Positions 48,278-57,765 of a DNA stretch of 64,000 bases are shown in pieces. The translations under genes were made by a program, and so were the position numbers. The first letter of the stretch is position 1. Every line of letters begins with the position of its first letter. The notes beneath the pieces are model-generated. The model ran no database searches, was not told where the DNA came from, and saw only the letters and a program-made list of their open reading frames with translations. The stretch spans positions 124,001 to 188,000 of IMG/VR virus record IMGVR_UViG_3300030503_000315; one strand, 5' to 3'.

Positions 48278-50602
48278 ATGCTCGAGAGTCAGTTTTCCTT
48301 TAATCCTTCCTACATTTCAGATGATAAGAATCCCTATAATCTGAAGCTCAAGAGGGACGTCAATTGGTCAACATCTAATCGGCGTCTTCTTGTCATCTTC
48401 CAAACCATTGATGGACGAGACCTAAAGTCAGGGGAATTACTGACGGGCGATGTAGGAAAAACATTCCAACGCGTCTATAAGTATGCAAGAAAGATAGCCA
48501 ACAACTACCTAGACAATCAGACGCCTTTGTATTCTGTAGCTGTAGCGAATTTCGGCGCGTATCGTCATCTACACCTTAAGGGTAGCAGGCGTTCGGACGC
48601 AGAAGCGCAATTCGCCGAGCGTGTCCATGATCTCATAAAGAAGATCAAGCCAACGCACATCCTGGTCGCTGGCGACAACGCAATGATCGCACTATACCCT
48701 AAGATAAAGGATCCTCAATATAAGAAGGGTTGGGTCCACAAGATCAAGGTAGATGATGAAGTAGTGAAAGTAGTCTCTACCGTAGACTACTCCCGTCTTC
48801 TCGAGAAGCATGGAGTTTATGCAAATCTTCTTGGACTGTTTAGCCGCCATCTAGCGTTCTTGATGATGGGCCGCAATCCACATAATCTTTCGCAGATCAA
48901 GTTGGATGCGAGGTACATCAAAACGATTGCAGAGTTCGATCAGTTGATGCACAAGTTCGATACGGCGACTGAGGTTGCAATCGATACGGAGACTCGCAAT
49001 CTCTCTGTGCTACACAACAAGATCTATACGATTCAGTTTGCAACAAATCACAACAAGGAAGTCGGATATGTCCTTGTTCTCGATCACCCTCAGGCGCATT
49101 GGGATTCGAAAGAACGAAAGTATATCAAGTCGGAGTTGAGGAAACGATTCGGAGCGAAGACGGGACCAACTCTAATCACCTTCAATGGTTTCATGTTTGA
49201 CCTGCACGTTATCCGGGTGGCTTTGAAGCTTCCCATCATCTGGCTAAAGGTGTGGGAGATCATGTTCGCAGAGCATTTGTTGGATGAGAACGTATCCTTG
49301 CAGAACGATATCTCATCTACTGTGGATCAACGTTCAGGTAAGATGTCAAAGTATGGGGGCTTGAACCCCATCTTCTGCTCATATGGCAACTCGCATTATC
49401 TTGATGCAGTCTTTGGTAAGGAAGAGCGGGGATCTATCGGCGCTATCGATCCCTCGCGCAAGGATGCAGTAGAGTATATGGCAATGGATACGGTGTCTAT
49501 CCTTAACATGCGGGATCAGGAAATTGCCAGAGCAGAGCATATGGATATCGAAGGGAAGAACTACAAGCCTTTCTTTATTCGACATATGAAGCATCAGATG
49601 TCAGATGCAGCGCATGCGATGTCACAAATGCGTCAGGATGGATCCTTCATAGATATCAAATATCTGAGCTATCTGTTGTCGAAGCAATCTCCATTGCGTC
49701 AGGAACTAAAACGCGTTGAGAAGCAGATGTTTGAGTGGAAAGAAGTGCAGCAAGCCAATAAAGAACTTCTAGGAACAACGGGGTTCAAGGCAGGGTCACT
49801 ATTCTCCAGAGCTATTGGGACGGCAACGAATTGGATCTTCAAGCTGAGTAAGCCAGACCATAAGAAGAAGTTGTTTATAGATATCATGGAACTTGAACCC
49901 GTCAACAAGACGGCGACAGGTGAAGATGCAATTGACAAAGACTTCATCGCCCACTACAAGGACACGAACAAAATTGTCGCTCTGTACGGGGATCACCAGG
50001 GTTTATCAAAACTTATCTCGACCTATGTTAAGGGATGGCGTAGGATACTAACAAACAATGTCGATGCTATCACTGATCTCTGTTTACGTGCAGCGTATTT
50101 CATAGTTGATACAGGTCGACTGGGATCCAATAAGCCGAACCTTCAACAGATTCCATCGCGTGGAAAGTCAGCCAAGTCTATAAAACGTTCATTCGTAGCT
50201 GAGCCCGGTCGCATTCCAATCCAGTTCGACTATTCAGCACACGAAGTGCGAATGTGGTCTGTTGCATCAAACGATTTGAATCTTGCAGCGGTGTTCAAGA
50301 TAGGCCAGAAGCTAAGGAAGATGTATGTTAAAAATCCTACAGACGAACTCAAGGCGCGTATCAAAACGGAAGGAGACGTACACATTCTTAACGTTAAACG
50401 AATCTTCGGTAAGATCGTTGACAAGGCGCACCCGCTCCGATACGCGATCAAGGCGGTTATCTTTGGCCTTATCTACGGAAAAAGTGCGAAGTCGCTAGGT
50501 GAAGATACAAAGCAGGCAGAGATCGAAGAAGTTAGAGAGAAGCTCTCGGAACTATACAACGAGAAGCTAGATCTTCAGGCAGCTCTAAAGAAGGCAGCAT
50601 GA
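48278..50602 (+). CDS. polA: Family A DNA polymerase, N-terminal part (UDG-like domain, 3'-5' exonuclease, motifs A and B)
   Basis: AIDTET, FN..FD, Y.A.D exo motifs; TGRLGS..PNLQQIP; DYSAHEVR; RYAIKAVIFGLIYG. Confidence 0.9.
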   Translation: MLESQFSFNPSYISDDKNPYNLKLKRDVNWSTSNRRLLVIFQTIDGRDLKSGELLTGDVGKTFQRVYKYARKIANNYLDNQTPLYSVAVANFGAYRHLHLKGSRRSDAEAQFAERVHDLIKKIKPTHILVAGDNAMIALYPKIKDPQYKKGWVHKIKVDDEVVKVVSTVDYSRLLEKHGVYANLLGLFSRHLAFLMMGRNPHNLSQIKLDARYIKTIAEFDQLMHKFDTATEVAIDTETRNLSVLHNKIYTIQFATNHNKEVGYVLVLDHPQAHWDSKERKYIKSELRKRFGAKTGPTLITFNGFMFDLHVIRVALKLPIIWLKVWEIMFAEHLLDENVSLQNDISSTVDQRSGKMSKYGGLNPIFCSYGNSHYLDAVFGKEERGSIGAIDPSRKDAVEYMAMDTVSILNMRDQEIARAEHMDIEGKNYKPFFIRHMKHQMSDAAHAMSQMRQDGSFIDIKYLSYLLSKQSPLRQELKRVEKQMFEWKEVQQANKELLGTTGFKAGSLFSRAIGTATNWIFKLSKPDHKKKLFIDIMELEPVNKTATGEDAIDKDFIAHYKDTNKIVALYGDHQGLSKLISTYVKGWRRILTNNVDAITDLCLRAAYFIVDTGRLGSNKPNLQQIPSRGKSAKSIKRSFVAEPGRIPIQFDYSAHEVRMWSVASNDLNLAAVFKIGQKLRKMYVKNPTDELKARIKTEGDVHILNVKRIFGKIVDKAHPLRYAIKAVIFGLIYGKSAKSLGEDTKQAEIEEVREKLSELYNEKLDLQAALKKAA

Positions 50603-50603
50603 T

Positions 50604-51521
50604 ATGGCTGAAGTAAAAGAACGCGAATTACCGAAAACGAGAATAGACATAAAGAAGAGGATCGCACATATCGATGCAGAGATGCATAAACTGGACTCAA
50701 GGCTGAACGTATTGTATGGAGAGAACAGATCTGACTATGCTCAAGGCATAATGGACAAAATCTTCAAAGAGTTTGGCAAGGGAAAAAGTTGGCTGGATAG
50801 GATGCGTTCGAATGTAGCTGAGCATCTTCATTCCTACTCACCGAATGGTCGCGTTCGACATCTCTATGGTTATCTCTATACAGACAGAGAGTGTCAAGGT
50901 ACGCAGGAACGTCGAGGCATCAATGCACCTATTCAGGGTTTTGCATCTGAGGTAGGCGTTAAGGCTGACAGGTTGATTGTCGAGTCTTACTATCGTGAGC
51001 TTCCAAAGTTGAAGAAGATGTTGGGTATCGTAGAATCTACGTGGGCCAAGTTTCGATTGAAATGTAGTCGCGCAGTTCACGATGCACTGTACAAACAAAT
51101 CCCGTATGAATTTGTTATCCCATTCATCCACATTCTTCAGTATCAGGCAACGTACGGTGTCGCTCGAGCGTACGAGAAAGCGTTTGGAATTAGATTTACA
51201 GTGGAACCTGAAATAGAAATAGGTATTGGTGCATCTTCTGACAATGAATCAGATTGGGATTGGTCGATGTCAGATCTTGTTCGCATCATTGTCAAGACAG
51301 TAGAGGATATCGACAAGGTTGGTCAGTTGGTAGGTACTAAGAAGGAAGTGTTGGATAAGATCTTCGAGCCTTGGAGGAACAAGGAAGTACGGGACTACCT
51401 TCAAGCAAAATACCCAATTCTGGGAGTCAAGGATCTGGACGATCAGATTGAGATTGCGCTCAAGGTTCTGAAAAAGATGCAAATTGAAATGAAGAAGAAA
51501 GATGCAACCGATTCCAATTGA
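50604..51521 (+). CDS. polA: Family A DNA polymerase, C-terminal part (motif C)
   Basis: GRVRHL, ERRGINAPIQGFAS, VHDA. Confidence 0.9.
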   Translation: MAEVKERELPKTRIDIKKRIAHIDAEMHKLDSRLNVLYGENRSDYAQGIMDKIFKEFGKGKSWLDRMRSNVAEHLHSYSPNGRVRHLYGYLYTDRECQGTQERRGINAPIQGFASEVGVKADRLIVESYYRELPKLKKMLGIVESTWAKFRLKCSRAVHDALYKQIPYEFVIPFIHILQYQATYGVARAYEKAFGIRFTVEPEIEIGIGASSDNESDWDWSMSDLVRIIVKTVEDIDKVGQLVGTKKEVLDKIFEPWRNKEVRDYLQAKYPILGVKDLDDQIEIALKVLKKMQIEMKKKDATDSN

Positions 51522-52721
51522 TCTGGTTATCGACCCAGACGAAGATGAGGACGATGAGTACGAGGAACCTCAGCAGATAGAAAGTGGAGAAAATGTTGTC
51601 TCCAAGAGGTTCGACATAAATAAAATCGGTCCACTTGATTACCTGCTATTAGACTTGCAGGCCGAAGGTGGTCCACTGGTGCATTGGCTATACCTGGTTG
51701 CTATCGAGAACAAATGGTGCAATTGGCAAGTCATTTTGTCTGCATTTGATCCTTCATTGCAGACAGGTAGCATACCGATGCTTGGTCGAGAGATATGGAG
51801 TACATTCCTCTACTCCGACATGGAAGGGTTGGTTCGTCTTTGTCCACGTATAATTTCATTGCTCGAATCACTCGACGTGAATTATCCGGTCGAGTTGACA
51901 TATACGTTCGGCGGACAAGCCAACCCTCCACCTTTTCAGGCAAGCAAAAAGAAACAGGTGGAGGCTACAAACCCCTAGAGGTTACAGTGTCTCACATCTA
52001 CGGCTCCTTGTGCATCTCAGCAACAACGCCTCAGCAACAATTCCCACAGTTCAATGATATTGGTACGCGCTATAACGGTTCCCATACGCCTCATCGCTTT
52101 AGAGGTCAGTATCATATAGCTCGAGAAGGTGAGGATCATGTGGTCAGCACAACACATATCCCTCAGCGCTCAAAGTCTTTTCTTATCACTACATCGTCTG
52201 TTACCGACTTTGCTGAAAAGGCAAACCAGAAAATGATCGAATGGCTACCAGTCATGGAATCTGAGTACGAAGATGCACGTCAGCTGTACAAGTTTAACGA
52301 GATACAGAAGCGCCTGAAGGATTTGCCCGGCGCTCAACCCTTTACAGCCACAATCGTAAATACAGGTGAGCACGGACACTTTGGAATTCTCTCACAGTGG
52401 AAGGACGTCTATACGTACGGAGTTTACGACACACAAAACTTCGGCGTTCGATTTGTCTGGACCACGGATGAATGGTTCATGAATGATGTCAAGGCTGTTG
52501 ACTTTACGCGGTATGTGTTTTATCGGTTCCCTACATTGCAGGATCGTCCCTTGTTTATCTATAGTCAAGCCGTGTGTTCTAAATGGTTTGGCTGGATGAA
52601 GATCTTCAAGGGGCAGCCCGATTGCATTCTTCGGGCATTTTGTAGTCTGGAGAATTATCTTTTCAAAGAAGCTGAGTTGAGGAATCTTCAGGTTAGCCAT
52701 GCCAATCGACCCGCTTACTAA
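51502..52721 (+). other. Two hypothetical genes
   Basis: 51502-51978 and ~51987-52721. Confidence 0.65.
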
Positions 52722-53736
52722 CGCATCGAATTTGGATTTTGTACTTGGTCAGTTATCGCAGTACGCAGGTAAGAAGATAGAGAGCAACGGTCGGGTCATG
52801 GTGATCTGCCCATTCCATTCAGAAAACACACCGTCGGGTGCGATCAACACCGGACCACAATATGCACCTGGGTACTTTACATGCTTTGCATGTGGACACA
52901 AAGCATCTTGGAATGAAGTAGCACCAAAGCTTAGCCTTTTACCTTATGGTAAAATCAAACCTTCCGAACAGAGCTCCATGGATTTGTTGATGGAGAGAAT
53001 GGAAGATGACATGATGGCAGAGCAGCGTTATAAACCTTTCCAAGGTAAACGCTGGGCAGTACCCAAGAATAAGAAGTGGCGTCAAATACCGACCAACCTT
53101 ATGATCGAACTCGACGCCCAAATGTGTCGGAGGAAATTCGATAATGGTTGGGATACTGAGAAGATGTTGTACCTACCTGTCATGGTCAACGGTGAGCAGG
53201 AAGGATATTTCCTCGCGCGGTTGAGGAAGAGTGATGATCCCAATGTACCATCATACCTTTTGGCAAAGAAGACGACAAGTCGTGGATGGTCGAGGACGCA
53301 CGGGCTATGGCCTTTCGATCATAGTATTAAGATGATGCGGGAACTAGAGGTGTCATCGATCGTCCTTGTGGAAGGTCAGAGAGATGCCCTTCGATTGATA
53401 ATGAATGGAATCCCTGCAATGTGTATCTTCGGAACACAAAGCTGGTCAGACTCCAAAGCGCAATTGTTAGAGACTGCTGGGGTCGAACAAATCATTCTAT
53501 TCTTCGATGGTGATGGTGCGGGCATCGGAGCTACAAAGAAGATAAGACCACAGCTGACAAAGTGGTTTGACACACGGGTTTATAAATTGTGGAAGGCTAA
53601 AGGCTCGCCTTACCTCAAGTTTGCGCATCTACCAGAACCCACCAAGGCTGCCAAGAAAGCTGGCGTGCAATTGTGGGACCCTTTCAACTGTCCTCTGCAC
53701 ATTATTGATGGAATTCAACAAGAGTATTTCCTCTAG
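52699..53736 (+). CDS. DNA primase (CHC2 zinc finger + TOPRIM)
   Basis: CPFHSE.TPS...CFAC; LVEGQRD; FFDGDGAG. Confidence 0.9.
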   Translation: MPIDPLTNASNLDFVLGQLSQYAGKKIESNGRVMVICPFHSENTPSGAINTGPQYAPGYFTCFACGHKASWNEVAPKLSLLPYGKIKPSEQSSMDLLMERMEDDMMAEQRYKPFQGKRWAVPKNKKWRQIPTNLMIELDAQMCRRKFDNGWDTEKMLYLPVMVNGEQEGYFLARLRKSDDPNVPSYLLAKKTTSRGWSRTHGLWPFDHSIKMMRELEVSSIVLVEGQRDALRLIMNGIPAMCIFGTQSWSDSKAQLLETAGVEQIILFFDGDGAGIGATKKIRPQLTKWFDTRVYKLWKAKGSPYLKFAHLPEPTKAAKKAGVQLWDPFNCPLHIIDGIQQEYFL

Positions 53737-53745
53737 GAGTTTAGA

Positions 53746-54165
53746 ATGCCCACTGCCTTACTAGGTATAATCTTAAAGTACGTCGTTCCTGTACTTGGAG
53801 TCGTAGCGATTCTTTTTGGTGCGTATGAGTATGGACGCACTGCAGGGTATAATGCAGGCCATCTTGCTGCATGGAATACTCAGCAAGAGACGATCAACAA
53901 GATGGTCACTGCGGAAAACGCACAAGCCGATGCGAACAACAAACAGATAGCCTCGATTGAGCAAGATTCATTTAACGACGCTTTCGCTGCAAAGGCCGCC
54001 CAAGCTAAACTTGATGCCACGCGCACCGATATTGTTCAATCTTATACGAAAGCCAATCCGCAGACCTCACAAACCTGTGGATTCGATATCCCGATGGTTC
54101 AGGCAATCAATGCAATCATTCAAGCCGACCCGTCTAATGCTCAACCTTCAGGAGACACCAAATGA
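53746..54165 (+). CDS. Inner-membrane spanin (Rz-like)
   Basis: N-terminal TM, coiled periplasmic domain, C-terminal Cys; followed by lipoprotein. Confidence 0.7.
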   Translation: MPTALLGIILKYVVPVLGVVAILFGAYEYGRTAGYNAGHLAAWNTQQETINKMVTAENAQADANNKQIASIEQDSFNDAFAAKAAQAKLDATRTDIVQSYTKANPQTSQTCGFDIPMVQAINAIIQADPSNAQPSGDTK

Positions 54166-54509
54166 AGATGAGACCTATAAATGTTCTTTGCATTCTTGTT
54201 GTTGCATTTGCAATATGCGCTTGTGCGACTAAGCCTGTTGTACCAGTCGCACCGCAGCCGACGGTCGAGACGAAACAAACGGTAGACATTGATCCATCCC
54301 TGATTCAAGATTGTCCAAGTCTTAATTCCCTAGACGTACGTAATTACTCTAAGGCGGAGACCCTGCAGGTTATGAATGAGTGGGCTAATCAGTACTCTGT
54401 ATGTAAGCGTAATCATCATAGCCTTTCGGGAATAGTAATTAAAGCCTTTAACATAGATCCCGCATCAGCTCCCGTGGCTGCCTCAACACCGACAACGAAT
54501 AGTAAATAA
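54162..54509 (+). CDS. Outer-membrane spanin lipoprotein (Rz1-like)
   Basis: Lipobox-like AICAC, Pro-rich linker, two further Cys. Confidence 0.7.
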   Translation: MKMRPINVLCILVVAFAICACATKPVVPVAPQPTVETKQTVDIDPSLIQDCPSLNSLDVRNYSKAETLQVMNEWANQYSVCKRNHHSLSGIVIKAFNIDPASAPVAASTPTTNSK

Positions 54510-54553
54510 TACGCACGGTTGCGCAAACCTGTTAATAAAACACTTCCTAGGAA

Positions 54554-55750
54554 ATGAAGATGAACAACGAAGCTTTTGAACTCTTGACCCCGGCTTCTGT
54601 GTGGATCAAAGAGGATGGTAAGCAGGCTAAAGTCCTGTTTGTAACCAACACGACACTGCCGGAACGCCATCAACAAAAACATCCGGTGCAAGTGGTGTAT
54701 CTGAATGAAGAAGCGAATATCTATAGCCGCACTTTGGATTCGTTCTTCAAGATTTATCAGTTCTTTAACATCGATCCTGAACTCGAAGAGCGTCTCGTTA
54801 ATCTAGTCACCTTCTCGGAAGATGATTACGATAATGAAGACGAAGATCAAGAGAACTTGCAGAAGGAAGAAAGTACTGAAGATGATGAGAGCGATGGTCC
54901 TCTGCTTCTGCCTCTAGGTTCTGTAGAAGAAACTGCGGCACAGATTACCGCCGCGGCTCTTAAGATCACGGAAGAAGATACTACCAAGCTGACCAAGCCG
55001 TTGGCGGATTACCTGGCTGAAGAGATTAGCGATGAAACACAATATCCGTATGAAGATGAAGTAGATGATCCGGATGATGAGGTACCCGCGGTTACCTTCA
55101 TCATGTCGCAAGGTTCAGAAGCTGCCGTACCTCTGAAAACTCTTCAGGACAATCTGGTATCGTATGTTCAAGAGCCTAACAAACAGTTGAACCTAACGCA
55201 CCATAAGCTGACTTTCCTGTTGGGTGGCGGTCTGAATATTCCTGCATTGAAGGATTCGTTTATCCCCGACGACATTAGGTCAATTGTTGACGCGTTCCTC
55301 ATCAAGAATGATTACCACGAAGAGCTCGTAGCTTGGACGGATTACATCGGTACTTTCCCTGAGATCGTCTATGGTCGAGCATTTGCATCGGTGATCGTTG
55401 CTACGGAAAATTCCCCGTTGATTAGTGAGGAAGAAGCTCAGGCTCACATCCACGGCACCGCGGTAGAAGCTGTGGAAGATACTGAATTCGAAGAAGTTGA
55501 CTATGCATCCTTGGTAGAGACTATGGAACAGGCTCAGGAAGGATTCTCTGATTTGCCGGATATGCCCGCTGAGTTGTTCATCCCGCAATTGAGTACCCAG
55601 GAAGTTGTTGCCCAACAGATAGAAGAGTTGAATCGACAACAGGCTGGTCCGTTGAACCTCATTGGGAATGAACTTAATTCTGGATTTAGCGTTGTTATGA
55701 TAGACGGCGTTCCTCATGTAATCCAGAACGAGACTCCACAAGCACAGTAA
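54554..55750 (+). CDS. Acidic hypothetical protein
   Basis: 398 aa downstream of AGTAAATA motif. Confidence 0.75.
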   Translation: MKMNNEAFELLTPASVWIKEDGKQAKVLFVTNTTLPERHQQKHPVQVVYLNEEANIYSRTLDSFFKIYQFFNIDPELEERLVNLVTFSEDDYDNEDEDQENLQKEESTEDDESDGPLLLPLGSVEETAAQITAAALKITEEDTTKLTKPLADYLAEEISDETQYPYEDEVDDPDDEVPAVTFIMSQGSEAAVPLKTLQDNLVSYVQEPNKQLNLTHHKLTFLLGGGLNIPALKDSFIPDDIRSIVDAFLIKNDYHEELVAWTDYIGTFPEIVYGRAFASVIVATENSPLISEEEAQAHIHGTAVEAVEDTEFEEVDYASLVETMEQAQEGFSDLPDMPAELFIPQLSTQEVVAQQIEELNRQQAGPLNLIGNELNSGFSVVMIDGVPHVIQNETPQAQ

Positions 55751-55790
55751 GGATCACAACAAATAAAAGGAGCCTACAGGAGCGAATCCC

Positions 55791-56858
55791 GTGGGCTCTA
55801 TCCATATTGGTGGTAGAAGGAGTCTGGTAATGCAGAGTGTATCTCGTGGTGATTACGTCGTGGCACACGACGGATCAGGAAACAAAAAGAAGTCATTTCT
55901 TTTCAAGGTAGAGTCGATTAGCAAAGGTATAGCGGAGGGGACGATAGAGAAGGATTCACATATCAAGTCGCGGAGATTCACAATAGAGGCACCAGTCAAG
56001 AATGTGATAGTCAACCTGGGTGCGGATCCTTATCCGGGAAAAGCATATGGACATGACCTATCCACAATCTATCGTGGACGGAAGACTCATGATTTCTTTG
56101 GCCCAACCTATTGGATGTACTCTCCTAGCAACGAGATTAAAACCGAGTTGTTCAAAGCGATGGATAGGGCGGCGAAGGTATTGAAGACCCATCAGCTAGA
56201 GTTCGTCGTGAATCCCAATACATGCATCTGGGAAATCCAACCGAACAACGGTGAGCTTTATGCGGGAATGTATAAGCGCATGAAGAACCCGGAGAAGAGC
56301 CCGCATCGTTTGCAGATTCGCCCGGAGGTCCTTCCCTCAACCGAGTTCCCCTATGTTATCTACCATGAGCTTGGGCATCATCTTCACTATGAACATGTCA
56401 CTGGTAAGAAATTGAATGCGCAATGGATTGAATTGTTCAACACTACCATTGCAGTCACTTCGATAAAGAAAGAGAAAAGTCAGGAACTTCTTGATGCCCT
56501 TCTAGCGCAGCAGGACGATCTACCGTCTACCTTCAAGTCCAATTTGAGCGAAGAGGATACGTTGGTCTATAAGACTATCCTGAAGACTATAACAACGCAA
56601 CACTCAGTGACCGTCAAGGAATTGGATATCCTGTTCGAAGCAGACTACAAGGATGAGATCAAAGGCGTGTGGCCAGTTCGTGGATTCTCTAAGAAGGATC
56701 TTGCACCTGTTGTTTCGGACTACGCCTGCAAGAACTATAGAGAGTTATTCGCTGAATCCTTCGCGTTCCGTATGTCAGGAAAGAAGCTGCCAAAGGCAGT
56801 AGATGCTCTTCTAGATAAATCCATTAGCTATGCCAAAGCAAATAGGGAGAGGAATTGA
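55791..56858 (+). CDS. Zincin-like metallopeptidase domain protein
   Basis: YHELGHH plus YA..N..E.FAE.F. Confidence 0.7.
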   Translation: MGSIHIGGRRSLVMQSVSRGDYVVAHDGSGNKKKSFLFKVESISKGIAEGTIEKDSHIKSRRFTIEAPVKNVIVNLGADPYPGKAYGHDLSTIYRGRKTHDFFGPTYWMYSPSNEIKTELFKAMDRAAKVLKTHQLEFVVNPNTCIWEIQPNNGELYAGMYKRMKNPEKSPHRLQIRPEVLPSTEFPYVIYHELGHHLHYEHVTGKKLNAQWIELFNTTIAVTSIKKEKSQELLDALLAQQDDLPSTFKSNLSEEDTLVYKTILKTITTQHSVTVKELDILFEADYKDEIKGVWPVRGFSKKDLAPVVSDYACKNYRELFAESFAFRMSGKKLPKAVDALLDKSISYAKANRERN

Positions 56859-57765
56859 TGACTAAACAAGGTGCACCCAATATCTTTACCGCTGAAGATC
56901 TACGCGAATGGAATACTTCTCGGAAGAATGCAAATAACAGGTGGGTCCAAGCACGTCCACTAGGGTGGCAGGGTTGGAAACTTTGGTATCGCCTGAAGTT
57001 AGCGTGGGGTGTATTCACTGCTAAATACGATGTAGTCAAATGGGATGAATCATGAGAGCCAATGTCAAAGTATCAAGCAATAAAGATAACGTTATCAAAG
57101 AATTAGATTTCGATGCAATCATCGAGAATTTCAGGAAGGCTCACATTCCAATCCCACTAAAGCTGTATATGGCAGCCGGTGGCATAGATTTTCAATACCT
57201 TGAACATTCTCTTCTGCAGGAAAAGAATATTAAGGACGTAGCAACGAAAGAAGACCTTTCCTTCTTCGCAACACAGTACAACGGATAAACCATGCGCCCC
57301 ACAGTTAGAGTAACAAGTCACGGTCACCCAAAGAATCAGATTGCTACTACCTCCTTTGTCCACACTGCACTTCGAGGTGAAACAAGGTATTTTGCACATA
57401 TAGATGAGCTAGCATTCTTCCCTACAGCGGAGTCGAAAAGTTTTTGGAAAATGGCTGATCTAGATCTCACAGCACGGAAACTTAGATTGCTCGGGATAAG
57501 TCCTTGTTTTCTTTCCAATGAACCCGAAACCGAAGCACCGCATTACTGGTGAAAAATGAGTAAAGAGATTCGACGCGCATTGAAAGTTAAGTTGGTTGGT
57601 ACGTCGACCACCCTAGAGCTGACCAAGTTTGCCACACCCGCGGTTGAAAAGCAGTTCATTCACTTTGACGAATTGCCAGATGGAACGTGGCGACTCCTCT
57701 TCAACTTGGAGGGGCATGACGTCCAGGACATTGAATCTTTTGAGTTCCTTAGAGATGACGATTGA
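56855..57765 (+). other. Four small genes; two begin with the VKV(T/S)S motif
   Basis: 56855-57055, 57052-57288, 57292-57552, 57556-57765. Confidence 0.65.
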
